Below, one piece after another: positions 13,801-24,715 of a DNA stretch of 64,000 bases. The translations under genes and the position numbers were made by a program. Source of the DNA: Macrostomum hystrix (taxonomy: Eukaryota > Animalia > Platyhelminthes); contig CATNEN010000029.1 in assembly GCA_950097015.1 (NCBI GenBank), forward strand, positions 8,618,001 to 8,682,000, written 5' to 3'. How positions within the stretch are numbered: the first letter of the stretch is position 1; each line of letters begins with the position of its first letter. The notes below the pieces were generated by a model, which saw only the letters and a list, made by a program, of their open reading frames with translations, was not told the origin of the DNA and ran no database searches.

Positions 13801-16800
13801 GACCATGATACAGAGAATGCTGCTCATTGTGGTGACCATGATACAGAGAATGCTGCTCATTGTGGTGACCATGATACAGAGAATGCTGCTCATTGTGGTG
13901 ACCATGATACAGAGAATGCTGCTCATTGTGGTGACCATGATACAGAGAATGCTGCTCATTGTGGTGACCATGATACAGAGAATGCTGCTCATTGTGGTGA
14001 CCATGATACAGAGAATGCTGCTCATTGTGGTGACCATGATACAGAGAATGCTGCTCATTGTGGTGACCATGATACAGAGAATGCTGCTCATTGTGGTGAC
14101 CATGATACAGAGAATGCTGCTCATTGTGGTGACCATGATACAGAGAATGCTGCTCATTGTGGTGACCATGATACAGAGAATGCTGCTCATTGTGGTGACC
14201 ATGATACAGAGAATGCTGCTCATTGTGGTGACCATGATACAGAGAATGCTGCTCATTGTGGTGACCATGATACAGAGAATGCTGCTCATTGTGGTGACCA
14301 TGATACAGAGAATGCTGCTCATTGTGGTGACCATGATACAGAGAATGCTGCTCATTGTGGTGACCATGATACAGAGAATGCTGCTCATTGTGGTGACCAT
14401 GATACAGAGAATGCTGCTCATGTGGTGACAAGTCAGAAGTGTCAGGCACTGGCAACAAGCTCTCTTATGTTACGCTCGTATAAAATAAAAGAAATAAAAA
14501 AACGAAATAGTTAAAAACATTAAAGCTTCACTTTAAACCTCTCCTCTCAAGGTGCATCTGAGGTCGCGCTTCATCCTAAACGGAGTCTGCGTGCTCTGGC
14601 AAGGCTTCATTGACACCCACAGCCTGAGCGGCCGCGGTCGAATTCTTTTTGATGCCGACAGGGCGGAGGTGGGACTGCTTGCGCTTCTCCCATAGACTCC
14701 ACTGCCCTTAGATTCCACTTCCTTTAGATTCCACTTCCCTTAGACTCCACTTCCCTTAGACTCCACTTCCCTTAGACTCCACTTCCCTTAGACTCCACTT
14801 CCCTTAGATTCCACTTCCTTTAGACTCCACTTCCCTTAGAGTCCACTTCCCTTAGACTCCACTTCCCTTAGACTCCACTTCCCTTAGACTCCACTTCCCT
14901 TAGACTCCACTTCCTTTAGATTCCACTTCCTTTAGATTCCACTTCCCTTAGACTCCACTTCCCTTAGACTCCACTTCCTTTAGATTCCACTTCCTTTAGA
15001 TTCCACTTCCCTTAGATTCCACTTCCTTTAGACTCCACTTCCCTTAGAGTCCACTTCCCTTAGACTCCACTTCCCTTAGACTCCACTTCCCTTAGATTCC
15101 ACTTCCCTTAGATTCCACTTCCCTTAGATTCCACTTCCCTTAGATTCCACTTCCTTTAGACTCCACTTCCCTTAGATTCCACTTCCTTTAGACTCCACTT
15201 CCCTTAGACTCCACTTCCCTTAGACTCCACTTCCCTTAGATTCCACTTCCCTTAGAGTCCACTTCCCTTAGATTCCACTTCCTTTAGACTCCACTTCCCT
15301 TAGATTCCACTTCCCTTAGACTCCACTTCCCTTAGACTCCACTTCCCTTAGATTCCACTTCCCTTAGATTCCACTTCCCTTAGATTCCACTTCCCTTAGA
15401 TTCCACTTCCTTTAGACTCCACTTCCCTTAGATTCCACTTCCCTTAGATTCCACTTCCCTTAGATTCCACTTCCCTTAGATTCCACTTCCCTTAGATTCC
15501 ACTTCCCTTAGACTCCACTTCCCTTAGACTCCACTTCCCTTAGACTCAACTTCCTATAGACTCCACTTCCTATACACTCAACTTCCTATAGACTCCACTT
15601 CCCTTAGACTCCACTTCCCTTAGATTCCACTTCCCTTAGACTCCACTTCCCTTAGACTCCACTTCCCTTAGACTCAACTTCCTATAGACTCCACTTCCTA
15701 TACACTCAACTTCCCTTAGACTCCACTTCCCTTAGAGTCCACTTCCCTTAGACTCCACTTCCTTTAGATTCCACTTCCCTTAGACTCCACTTCCCTTAGA
15801 CTCAACTTCCTATAGACTCCACTTCCTATACACTCAACTTCCCTTAGACTCCACTTCCCTTAGAGTCCACTTCCCTTAGACTCCACTTCCTTTAGATTCC
15901 ACTTCCCTTAGACTCCACTTCCCTTAGACTCAACTTCCTATAGACTCCACTTCCTATACACTCAACTTCCTATAGACTCCACTTCCCTTAGACTCAACTT
16001 CCTATAGACTCCACTTCCTATACACTCAACTTCCTTTAGACTCCACTTCCCTTAGACTCCACTTCCCTTAGACTCCACTTCCCTTAGATTCCACTTCCCT
16101 TAGAGTCCACTTCCCTTAGATTCCACTTCCCTTAGACTCCACTTCCCTTAGACTCCACTTCCCTTAGACTCCACTTCCCTTAGATTCCACTTCCTTTAGA
16201 CTCCACTTCCCTTAGAGTCCACTTCCCTTAGACTCCACTTCCCTTAGACTCCACTTCCCTTAGACTCCACTTCCCTTAGACTCCACTTCCCTTAGATTCC
16301 ACTTCCCTTAGAGTCCACTTCCCTTAGATTCCACTTCCCTTAGATTCCACTTCCTTTAGACTCCACTTCCCTTAGATTCCACTTCCCTTAGACTCCACTT
16401 CCCTTAGACTCCACTTCCCTTAGATTCCACTTCCCTTAGATTCCACTTCCCTTAGATTCCACTTCCCTTAGATTCCACTTCCCTTAGATTCCACTTCCTT
16501 TAGACTCCACTTCCCTTAGATTCCACTTCCCTTAGACTCCACTTCCCTTAGACTCCACTTCCCTTAGATTCCACTTCCCTTAGATTCCACTTCCCTTAGA
16601 TTCCACTTCCCTTAGATTCCACTTCCTTTAGACTCCACTTCCCTTAGATTCCACTTCCTTTAGACTCCACTTCCCTTAGAGTCCACTTCCCTTAGACTCC
16701 ACTTCCCTTAGACTCCACTTCCCTTAGACTCCACTTCCCTTAGACTCCACTTCCCTTAGATTCCACTTCCCTTAGAGTCCACTTCCCTTAGATTCCACTT

Positions 16801-18447
16801 CCTTTAGACTCCACTTCCCTTAGATTCCACTTCCCTTAGACTCCACTTCCCTTAGATTCCACTTCCCTTAGATTCCACTTCCCTTAGAGTCCACTTCCCT
16901 TAGACTCCACTTCCCTTAGACTCCACTTCCCTTAGACTCCACTTCCCTTAGATTCCACTTCCCTTAGATTCCACTTCCCTTAGATTCCACTTCCCTTAGA
17001 TTCCACTTCCTTTAGACTCCACTTCCCTTAGATTCCACTTCCCTTAGATTCCACTTCCCTTAGATTCCACTTCCCTTAGATTCCACTTCCCTTAGATTCC
17101 ACTTCCCTTAGACTCCACTTCCCTTAGACTCCACTTCCCTTAGACTCAACTTCCTATAGACTCCACTTCCTATACACTCAACTTCCTATAGACTCCACTT
17201 CCCTTAGACTCCACTTCCCTTAGATTCCACTTCCCTTAGACTCCACTTCCCTTAGACTCCACTTCCCTTAGACTCAACTTCCTATAGACTCCACTTCCTA
17301 TACACTCAACTTCCCTTAGACTCCACTTCCCTTAGAGTCCACTTCCCTTAGATTCCACTTCCTTTAGATTCCACTTCCCTTAGACTCCACTTCCCTTAGA
17401 CTCAACTTCCTATAGACTCCACTTCCTATACACTCAACTTCCCTTAGACTCCACTTCCCTTAGAGTCCACTTCCCTTAGACTCCACTTCCTTTAGATTCC
17501 ACTTCCCTTAGACTCCACTTCCCTTAGACTCAACTTCCTATAGACTCCACTTCCTATACACTCAACTTCCTATAGACTCCACTTCCCTTAGACTCCACTT
17601 CCCTTAGATTCCACTTCCCTTAGACTCCACTTCCCTTAGACTCCACTTCCCTTAGACTCAACTTCCTATAGACTCCACTTCCTATACACTCAACTTCCCT
17701 TAGACTCCACTTCCCTTAGAGTCCACTTCCCTTAGACTCCACTTCCTTTAGATTCCACTTCCCTTAGACTCCACTTCCCTTAGACTGAACTCCCCTTAGA
17801 CTCCACTTCCCTTAGATTTCACTTCCCTTAGACTCCACTTCCCTTAGACTCCACTTCCCTTAGACTCCACTTCCCTTAGACTCCACTTCCCTTAGACTCC
17901 ACTTCCCTTAGACTCCACTTCCCTTAGACTCCACTTCCCTTAGACTCCACTTCCCTTAGACACCACTTCCCTTAGACTCCACTTCCCTTAGACTCCACTT
18001 CCCTTAGACTCCACTTCCCATAGACTCAACTTCCCTTAGACTCCAGTTTCTATGGAGTCTTCCTAAATAGTCCATCTCATTTTCATGTTAAAAAGTCGAA
18101 CTTAGCAACAAAAATGCTCATTGCAGTTGGAGAGCCAAATTCTGAGGGACCAGCTGATGGAATACCACCGCTTGCACGGCGGCTATGCTGCAGGCGGTGG
18201 CTCTGCTGCTGCTGCGCCGGAACAGGAAACAGCAACAGGCTGGGCCGAGTGTGCCGCAGCCTCCGCCCTGTTGTCTCATCGTCAATCGTCCTGGCCCTAT
18301 CATAATCTCGGCGGTGTGGAGTCACCGCCACTGCCGCCAGGGCCACCGCCGCCGACTCCGCTGCAGCAGCCGCACCCGACGTATCACCCTCTGTCGGAGT
18401 CGCCGCGCGGCGGAGCCTCCGGTTCCGAGGACACGGCCGACAGTTGA
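7840..18447 (+). CDS. CBFB: Core-binding factor beta subunit (CBF-beta/Brother family), 240 aa; join(7840..7917,8383..8469,9915..10034,14552..14668,18127..18447)
   Basis: Exon1 MPRVVPDQRRKFQHDDLLRKLADDSP; exon2 VAYSPHRDRPIVERR...; exon3 SVCNMGLTLRLVF...EEVRVDESGR; exon4 VHLRSRFILNGVCVLWQGFIDTHSLSGRGRILFDADRAE; exon5 LESQILRDQLMEYHR... All introns are GT-AG, phase 0. Exon sizes 78/87/120/117 nt parallel human CBFB (78/87/117/117). Confidence 0.93.
7962..8175. repeat. 20-bp minisatellite in CBF-beta intron 1
   Basis: Unit TCTCACCTGTTAGATTA(T/A)TG, about 10 copies. Confidence 0.92.
10224..10845. repeat. 16-bp G-rich minisatellite in CBF-beta intron 3
   Basis: Unit GACAGGGGAGAGATTT, about 38 copies. 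Confidence 0.95.
13250..14428. repeat. Perfect 33-bp minisatellite in CBF-beta intron 3 (35 full copies plus a partial)
   Basis: Unit GAGAATGCTGCTCATTGTGGTGACCATGATACA with no visible variants; it explains the four long repetitive ORFs in the track. Confidence 0.97.
14695..18050. repeat. 16-bp pyrimidine-rich minisatellite filling CBF-beta intron 4 (~210 copies)
   Basis: Unit CTCCACTTCCCTTAGA; starts ~30 nt after the donor and ends ~75 nt before the acceptor. Confidence 0.97.
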
Positions 18448-19149
18448 TTCCTAATGGAACTCGCCGCTTGCCATATGGAATGTGTCCATTACTTTGAACC
18501 GGAACTCCTGAGTCCTGTGTTGTCGCTTTGGTGCACACCAAAATTGGCCCCTACAAACTAAGTTGACCAGCCATTTAAAAGCTACAACCTATCGTTAACT
18601 GGGCTATAGCAGCTGTAGCCGACACTGTGTCCATTCCTGTGACAATTTAATGTTTGTTTGTACTTTTTTCGTCAACCCTTTTTGCCACGTTGTCAGTTTC
18701 ACCCTGCCCTTGCCCTTGCAGTTGAAAATCTGTTTCAGGCGATAATTGTGAGTAATCTAAGCATTGTCTTCGTGTTTGTAATGGTCAGACTGCGCAAAAT
18801 TTGCTTCGTTGTTCAGTTGCAAGTTGTTCTCATACACGCATGCTGGTTTTATCCCACCAGAGATTCAGTTTGAATGCTTCTCCCTTGCAGAAAAGTTTTT
18901 TATTTCTTCCTTTGTTTTCTCTATCTACTCGTATAAATAGCTCTAGACCTACTCACATTTAGTTAGATTGAGAGGTCGAAGTAACAGAAGAATAAAAGTA
19001 CATTGATATTTTACCTGCGCGCCGGCGATTATACTATAGTGCAGAGCCAAGGACTTTTCCGATTCGATCATTCTGTCTGGAGAGCTTGTAAAGAAAGGTT
19101 AAATCTTTGTTTTGTTGTCTCTGTTCTTGTTTGAGATGGTGCAACCAGA

Positions 19150-19395
19150 GATTAGGCATCACGGGTAGAAGATACAGGGCAGAAGATTCGGGGCAGAAAA
19201 TACAGCGACAGAAGATACAGGGCAGAAGATTCGGGGCAGAAGATTCGGGGCAGAAAATACAGCGACAGAAGATACAGGGGCAGAAGATACAAGGCAGAAT
19301 ACAAGGCAAGGCAGGATTGTAGAATTGTAGGATTGTAGGATTATAGGATTGCAGGATGCAGTATTGTAGGATTGTAGGATTGTAGGATTGTGGCA
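19150..19395. repeat. Composite short-unit repeat (CAGAAGATACAGGG-type then GATTGTAG-type)
   Basis: Direct repeats visible in sequence; associated ORFs are low-complexity. Confidence 0.8.
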
Positions 19396-19847
19396 TGCAT
19401 GTCGGTATTGGAAGGGCGACGGAGTCTGAGCAATCGAGAAAGTTGCGGTTAACTTTGCCACGAGCAGGACTGCGAAAAAAGTTGTTTTTTTACAGCGTTA
19501 GGCTGCAGTCGGCAAAAATTGCTTTGAAGGAAAGCAGAAAATATACTGCGGAGCCATCGTTATAACTGCCCACCTGCAGCTCACAGACTTCAGGCTTCGC
19601 CAGGAATAATCAAAAAGCACCAGCTGCAGAATTATCCGATTCCAGCAGCAAGACTCTCTTCAATACTTGATGGAGATGTACTTTTTCTATCTGATATTAC
19701 GAAATAAACTCAGTACAACAATCGAGAAATCAGGTGGCAATGTGTTCTCATTTATCGAATGAGTCTGGTAATTGTTGCCGCCGGTATCCCAATCTTTCGG
19801 ACTCTGTTTACGGAAAATCTAATAAATCAGCGAACTTTTGCGTGACT

Positions 19848-20820
19848 TAAGAGAATCGCCGATCTACAAGAGTCTGTCACCGAAGAGAATCGCCGATCTA
19901 CAAGAGTCTGTGACGGAAGAGAATCGCTGATCTACAAGATTCTCTGACGGAAGAGAATCGCCGATCGACAAGAGTCTCTGACGGAAGAGAATCGCTGATC
20001 TACAAAAGTCTGTGACGGAAGAGAATCGCTGATCTACAAGAGTCTGTGACGGAAGAGAATCGCTGATCTACAAGAGTCTGTGACGGAAGAGAATCGCTGA
20101 TCTACAAGAGTCTGTGACGGAAGAGAATCGCCGATCTACGAGAGTCTGTGACCGAAGAGAATCGCTGATCTACAAGAGTCTGTGACGGAAGAGAATCGCT
20201 GATCTACGAGAGTCTGTGACGGAAGAGAATCGCTGATCTACAAGAGTCTGTGACGGAAGAGAATCGCTGATCTACAAGAGTCTGTGACGGAAGAGAATCG
20301 CCGATCTACGAGAGTCTGTGACGGAAGAGAATCGCTGATCTACAAGAGTCTGTGACGGAAGAGAATCGCTGATCTACGAGAGTCTGTGACGGAAGAGAAT
20401 CGCCGATCTACAAGAATCTGTGACGGAAGAGAATCGCTGATCTACGAGAGTCTGTGACGGAAGAGAATCGCTGATCTACGAGAGTCTGTGACGGAAGAGA
20501 ATCGCTGATCTACGAGAGTCTGTGACGGAAGAGAATCGCTGATCTACGAGAGTCTGTGACGGAAGAGAATCGCTGATCTACGAGAGTCTGTGACGGAAGA
20601 GAATCGCCGATCTACGAGAGTCTGTGACCGAAGAGAATCGCTGATCTACGAGAGTCTGTGACGGAAGAGAATCGCTGATCTACGAGAGTCTGTGACGGAA
20701 GAGAATCGCCGATCTACGAGAGTCTGTGACGGAAGAGAATCGCCGATCTACAAGAGTTTGTGACGGAAGAGAATCGCCTATTTACGAAAGTCTGTCACCG
20801 AAGAGAATCGCTGATCTACG
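19848..20820. repeat. 34-bp minisatellite, about 28 copies
   Basis: Unit GAAGAGAATCGCTGATCTAC(A/G)AGAGTCTGTGACG. Confidence 0.95.
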
Positions 20821-21004
20821 GTTTGAATAAAAGACAAGAAAAATGCAGGAAATACAGTAGAACTACCAGGGGGGACTTTTTGTACTGCACCCGGACGGAG
20901 CAACGCAAGCACACGAAACTCAAGAACACGGGCCAACTTTTTGTTGCAAATTTTCTAAAACAATAATCAAGTCGCCAGCTCTTCAGACCATCGAGATATT
21001 CAAT

Positions 21005-21455
21005 GGTTCTGGCCGAGGGTCTGATTTTTCCCATAAGCGCTAGTGTATTTCATACACCCCTATACACGATGCGAATTAGCACTGCGTCTTAGTGCGGCCT
21101 TGCCAAGCCTTCAAAATTTATCTGCATGTCACCCGAATGTGCCCCGCATTATTTCCGTCTTCGGTGGTCACCTACCTTTATCTAGACGGACTGCTGGACC
21201 TTCAAGGGCTACAACAGGTGGAACTAGGCCACTATGGACACCCTGACGCGAATTTCTACAATTTCACTGATCAAGCCTAAATATTAGGCGCAGCTCAACC
21301 ACAGGACACCATCGCCTAGTCTGTCAACCAATCAGTCACCATCCAACGCTGTTAGCATTCAGGCGCTGCCTTTTTTCAAACTTTGTCTGAAATTAATTTG
21401 GGGAAATCCACCCTTGGTATAAAAACGGGCAGCGAAATAGCTTTTAGTCCTATTG
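21005..21455 (+). repeat. Dispersed repeat of unknown family, copy 1 (inverted copy at ~44910-45325)
   Basis: Long near-identical blocks, e.g. GGTGGAACTAGGCCACTATGGACACCCTGACGCGAATTTCTACAATTTCACTGATCAAGCCTAAATATTAGGCGCAG, match the reverse complement of 45034-45110. Confidence 0.85.
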
Positions 21456-22080
21456 TTAAAAATTCGGCACCTGTAGTAAAAGAGGCGAACTACAGTATAG
21501 AAACGCCTGAGAAATGCCTATAGCGTTTCTACACCTGGACAAGCATTTCCTCACTAACTTCTCCAACTTTTCCAGACGACTAACAGGTAACTTAAAACAG
21601 TGAATCACACGCGTCTGAATATGCCATATTTGTGTGCTGTTGAAGCAGGAAATCTGCGAATATGACGGCCAGTTAGGTTAGCTACTGGACTAGCGACCCG
21701 ACGGACCGGGAATCCGCGTACGGCACAGAGACAGCATTTTACTTTGTAGTGTTTTTTACAAGTTGGAGTAAGTAATTAATTAAGCTGTGCTTTTTTATTT
21801 TTGCATATAGATTTGTGCTAGGAAAAGGCTTCGTAATATAACACGCCATTGTTTTGTTTCACTAAATGTTAACTGGTAACATTGTTCTACTAAGTGCTTC
21901 CGTACAGTAATCAAGTGTATGAGCGTATCCGTCTGACGCTCATGAACCGTAATTTCACAATCAACCGATGTTCCGTATTAGATGTGTGTTATTGCACATG
22001 CATAAAGCATTGCACATGGGGTTTTACATGCAATTCAGTTTGATTAGATGATGTACGAGCTAAAAAACCTTCAGAGGGTT

Positions 22081-22350
22081 GTCGGACTCACGACTTAAGG
22101 GTCGGGGGTTCGATTCCCAACTCCACTGGAACAATATGCGTCCTTTAACAAGACACTTCATTCTTGCATTCCTTCAGTTCATCTTTAATGATAAATGGTA
22201 AATGGGTGCCAGCATCAGCGGGGGTAATTGAGGGCGGGTGTGGCGTCCCCCCAGTCCATAGTTTGAACAGCCGTTCGCAGCATTTAGATGCGCCGCGCAA
22301 TAGCTGCGGCTGTGCAGTCGGCTGCACGTCTGGCCCTATTGGGGGCAGGT
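22081..22350 (+). mobile_element. tRNA-derived SINE, 5'-truncated
   Basis: B box GGTTCGATTCC followed by the GTCCTTTAACAAGACACTT..CTTCAGTTC..AAATGGGT core and a CAGTCCAT..GCTGCGGCTGTG tail shared with the copy at 24478. Confidence 0.75.
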
Positions 22351-22745
22351 GCAATCAGTTAATACTCGTATTTTTAATAAATTTTTATACATGATTTTCC
22401 GGATCGAAAAGATTCACGAAAGATTCAACAGCTCCTGATTTCGTGCAAGGACTAACCAAGTAGAAGGACCCAGGACTCGCCGTTCGTGGAAAAATTGTCA
22501 GAGGATGTTAAAAATGAAACAAGGGTTGCGTTGTCTATGATGAGATGAGATGAGATCAAACAACACAGTGGCAAAATCCAAGCATTTCAGGCCGATTTTC
22601 GAGTTGTCTATGGCCAAAAGTATGACCATAGAGCAATCGATTTGATCCTTCGGACACGCATTTAGTCCCGCCCCATAGATTTAATATACCACTCTGTACG
22701 GTATATAAACAGAAACGGAACTGTGGCTTCGGCTTTGTCCCTTTT

Positions 22746-23437
22746 TCAAAGGGAAACATTAAACAGTGTCAAAAAATCACCTCCCCCCGCAACGCAGCGA
22801 GGCAGGTAGCGCAGCATATGCCGGAACCAGCCTCCGCACTTAACCGCTGTGATGTCCGCTGTCGCTTCTTCTGCGATCCTGTGCAGCACGAGGATACGCC
22901 ACTCGCGTAGTGTGGTCTCTGGAGCCGGGTTGTCCAGTTCCAGCTGCACTTGTGGCTGGGAGAGCTGTCGCTTGATCACCGCCTTCAGGTACGAGTGCGC
23001 GCTCTCTACCAGATTAAGGAACGGCGAGTACGGAGGCAGCACCACGACGCGCCAGTTAGCCGCAAATTGCTCGGGAATCCGCACTCCGTTGTTGAATCGA
23101 GCGCCATCCATGATGATGCAGAACTGGTCGGCATTGTTGACGTCATCGCGGTTGCTGACTGCTTGGAGCAGCTCTTCAACGAATGCCTGGAACAAGTTCG
23201 CGGTCAGGGCCTGGCAGACGATCCTGTGGTGGACAAGGCCGAGGTCCGGTGCAATGGCCTGCAGGACCTGCACACCTCGTTGTGTGTGCAGCACGCGCCG
23301 GACTCGCTGACCCCGTTGACTGCGCTCACTATCAGCTCGTACTTCTCGACGCTTATCTTGGCATTTGGCTCTCGTTCCACGGGCTCGTCAACTTCGTCGA
23401 TGGAATCAAAGCTGTCCTCACTTTCTTCGTCGAACAT
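22746..23437 (-). pseudogene. DDE_3 transposase remnant (acidic N-terminus joined out of frame to the C-terminal catalytic half)
   Basis: MFDEESEDSF...KISVEKYELIV in one frame, then RSQRGQRVRRVLHTQRG...AIAPDLGLVHH...IIMDG...LNLVE in another. The HTH region and first catalytic Asp are missing. Confidence 0.8.
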
Positions 23438-23576
23438 AGTGTTAGCTGCTGCGCTCTCTGACTTCTGATGGTAATTCTGTCTAGTCTGTGTTCTAGGGCA
23501 AACATTACCATTAACAACCAAACAGTCGAGAGAGGCTTAAATGCGTGTCCGAAGGATCAAATCGATTGCTCTATGG

Positions 23577-24073
23577 CAGGGGTCGGCAAACTTATTAGCT
23601 AGCGGGCCAAAAAGAGAACCTAAAAGACGACAGCAGGCCGCATTGACGGTAGAAATATAAGATAAATATATCAGAGATAGGGAAGAGGTGAGACCGAGGA
23701 GAGATGAGACAGGGGAGAGATGAGACAGGGGAGAGATGAGACAGGGCGAGACGAGACACGGTAAAGATGACGCACGGGAGAGATGACACACGGGAGAGAT
23801 TAGACACGGGAGAGATGACACACGGGAGAGATGACACACGGGAGAGATTAGACACGGGAGAGATGACACACGGGAGAGATTAGACACGGGAGAGATGACA
23901 CACGGGAGAGATGACACACGGGAGAGATTAGACACGGGAGAGACGAGACACGGGGGAGATGAGACAGGGGAAAGAAGAAACAGTATACTATAACTGTCGG
24001 AAGGGGCAACGGGCTGGATTTGAGAGCTTTGAGGGCCGCATCTGGCCCGCGGGCCGGAGTTTGCCGACCTCTG
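23577..24073. mobile_element. hAT (Charlie/Buster-like) MITE with 8-bp TSD
   Basis: TIRs CAGGGGTCGGCAAAC / GTTTGCCGACCTCTG; TSD CTCTATGG at 23569-23576 and 24074-24081; subterminal GGCCCGCGGGCC; internal GGGAGAGATGACACAC-type array at ~23690-23972. Confidence 0.92.
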
Positions 24074-24477
24074 CTCTATGGTCATGCTTTTGGCCATAGA
24101 CAACTTGAAAATCGGCCTGAAGCGCTTGAATTTTGCCACTGTGAATTAAATCGAATGCTCGAAGGATCAAATTGTCTGCAAAAAGCTACAATACACACGC
24201 TCATCATTCTATGGCATAAGCGAGTCCCAGAATCACACCTCACTTGTGCTTATACTAAAAACACAAAAACTTAGTCTATGGCCAAAATTAGAATATAACT
24301 ATGAGCGGTACACAATGTTCGAGCTCGCTTATCCATCGATATACCTTCATGGTAAATTCGAGTTTAGGTCTCGCAATTGCTAGTTTGTGATTTTCAAATC
24401 AGAAGTTTGGAGGTAAGTAGTGACAGAGAACTCAGTTCTTGGTGAGTTAATGCAATTCTGATATACAAAGATGAAGC

Positions 24478-24715
24478 GAGGGTGTTTAGCCTAGTGGTTA
24501 GAGCGTCGGAATCACAACTTGAGTGTCGAGGGTTCGAATCCTGACTTCATTGGGTACAAAGTGTGTCCTTTATCAAGACATTTAACACTGGACTGCTTCA
24601 GTTCAACTGAACTTGCTTGGCGTCCCCCAGTCCATGGACTGAACAGTCGTACGCAGCCTTCAGATGCGGCTGTGCTGTCGGCTGCACATCTGACCCGATT
24701 ATGGCAAGGTATAAT
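24478..24715 (+). mobile_element. tRNA-derived SINE, near full length
   Basis: A box TAGCCTAGTGGTTAG, B box GGTTCGAATCC, core GTGTCCTTTATCAAGACATTTAAC..GCTTCAGTTC and the shared 3' tail. No intact tRNA acceptor stem. Confidence 0.8.

Larger units (their letters stand above)
22564..24143 (-). mobile_element. IS630/Tc1-mariner-type (ISRm11-like) DNA transposon, internally deleted, ~100-bp TIRs
   Basis: Left TIR 22564-22664 (CACAGTGGCAAAATCC...GGACACGCATTTA). The right TIR is split into 23538-23576 and 24074-24143 by a nested MITE. Encodes DDE_3-type motifs IIMDGARF and LPPYSPFLNLVE. Confidence 0.88.

Noticed and set aside
13198-14514. 438-aa His/Cys/Asp repeat ORF (ENAAHCGDHDT)n as a metal-binding protein
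   Set aside because: It lies in CBF-beta intron 3. Four frames are open, there is no synonymous variation and there is no credible start context, so it is an artefact of a stop-free 33-bp unit.
14695-18050. Interstitial telomeric repeat
   Set aside because: The 16-bp unit only contains CCCTTA; it is not (TTAGGG)n or a simple variant.
22564-22579. CACAGTG-GCAAAATCC as a true recombination signal sequence
   Set aside because: The nonamer-like motif abuts the heptamer with no 12/23 spacer, and the encoded enzyme is not RAG or Transib-like.
24478-24560. Genuine tRNA genes at the A/B-box sites
   Set aside because: Acceptor and anticodon stems do not pair and each copy runs into a shared SINE body.
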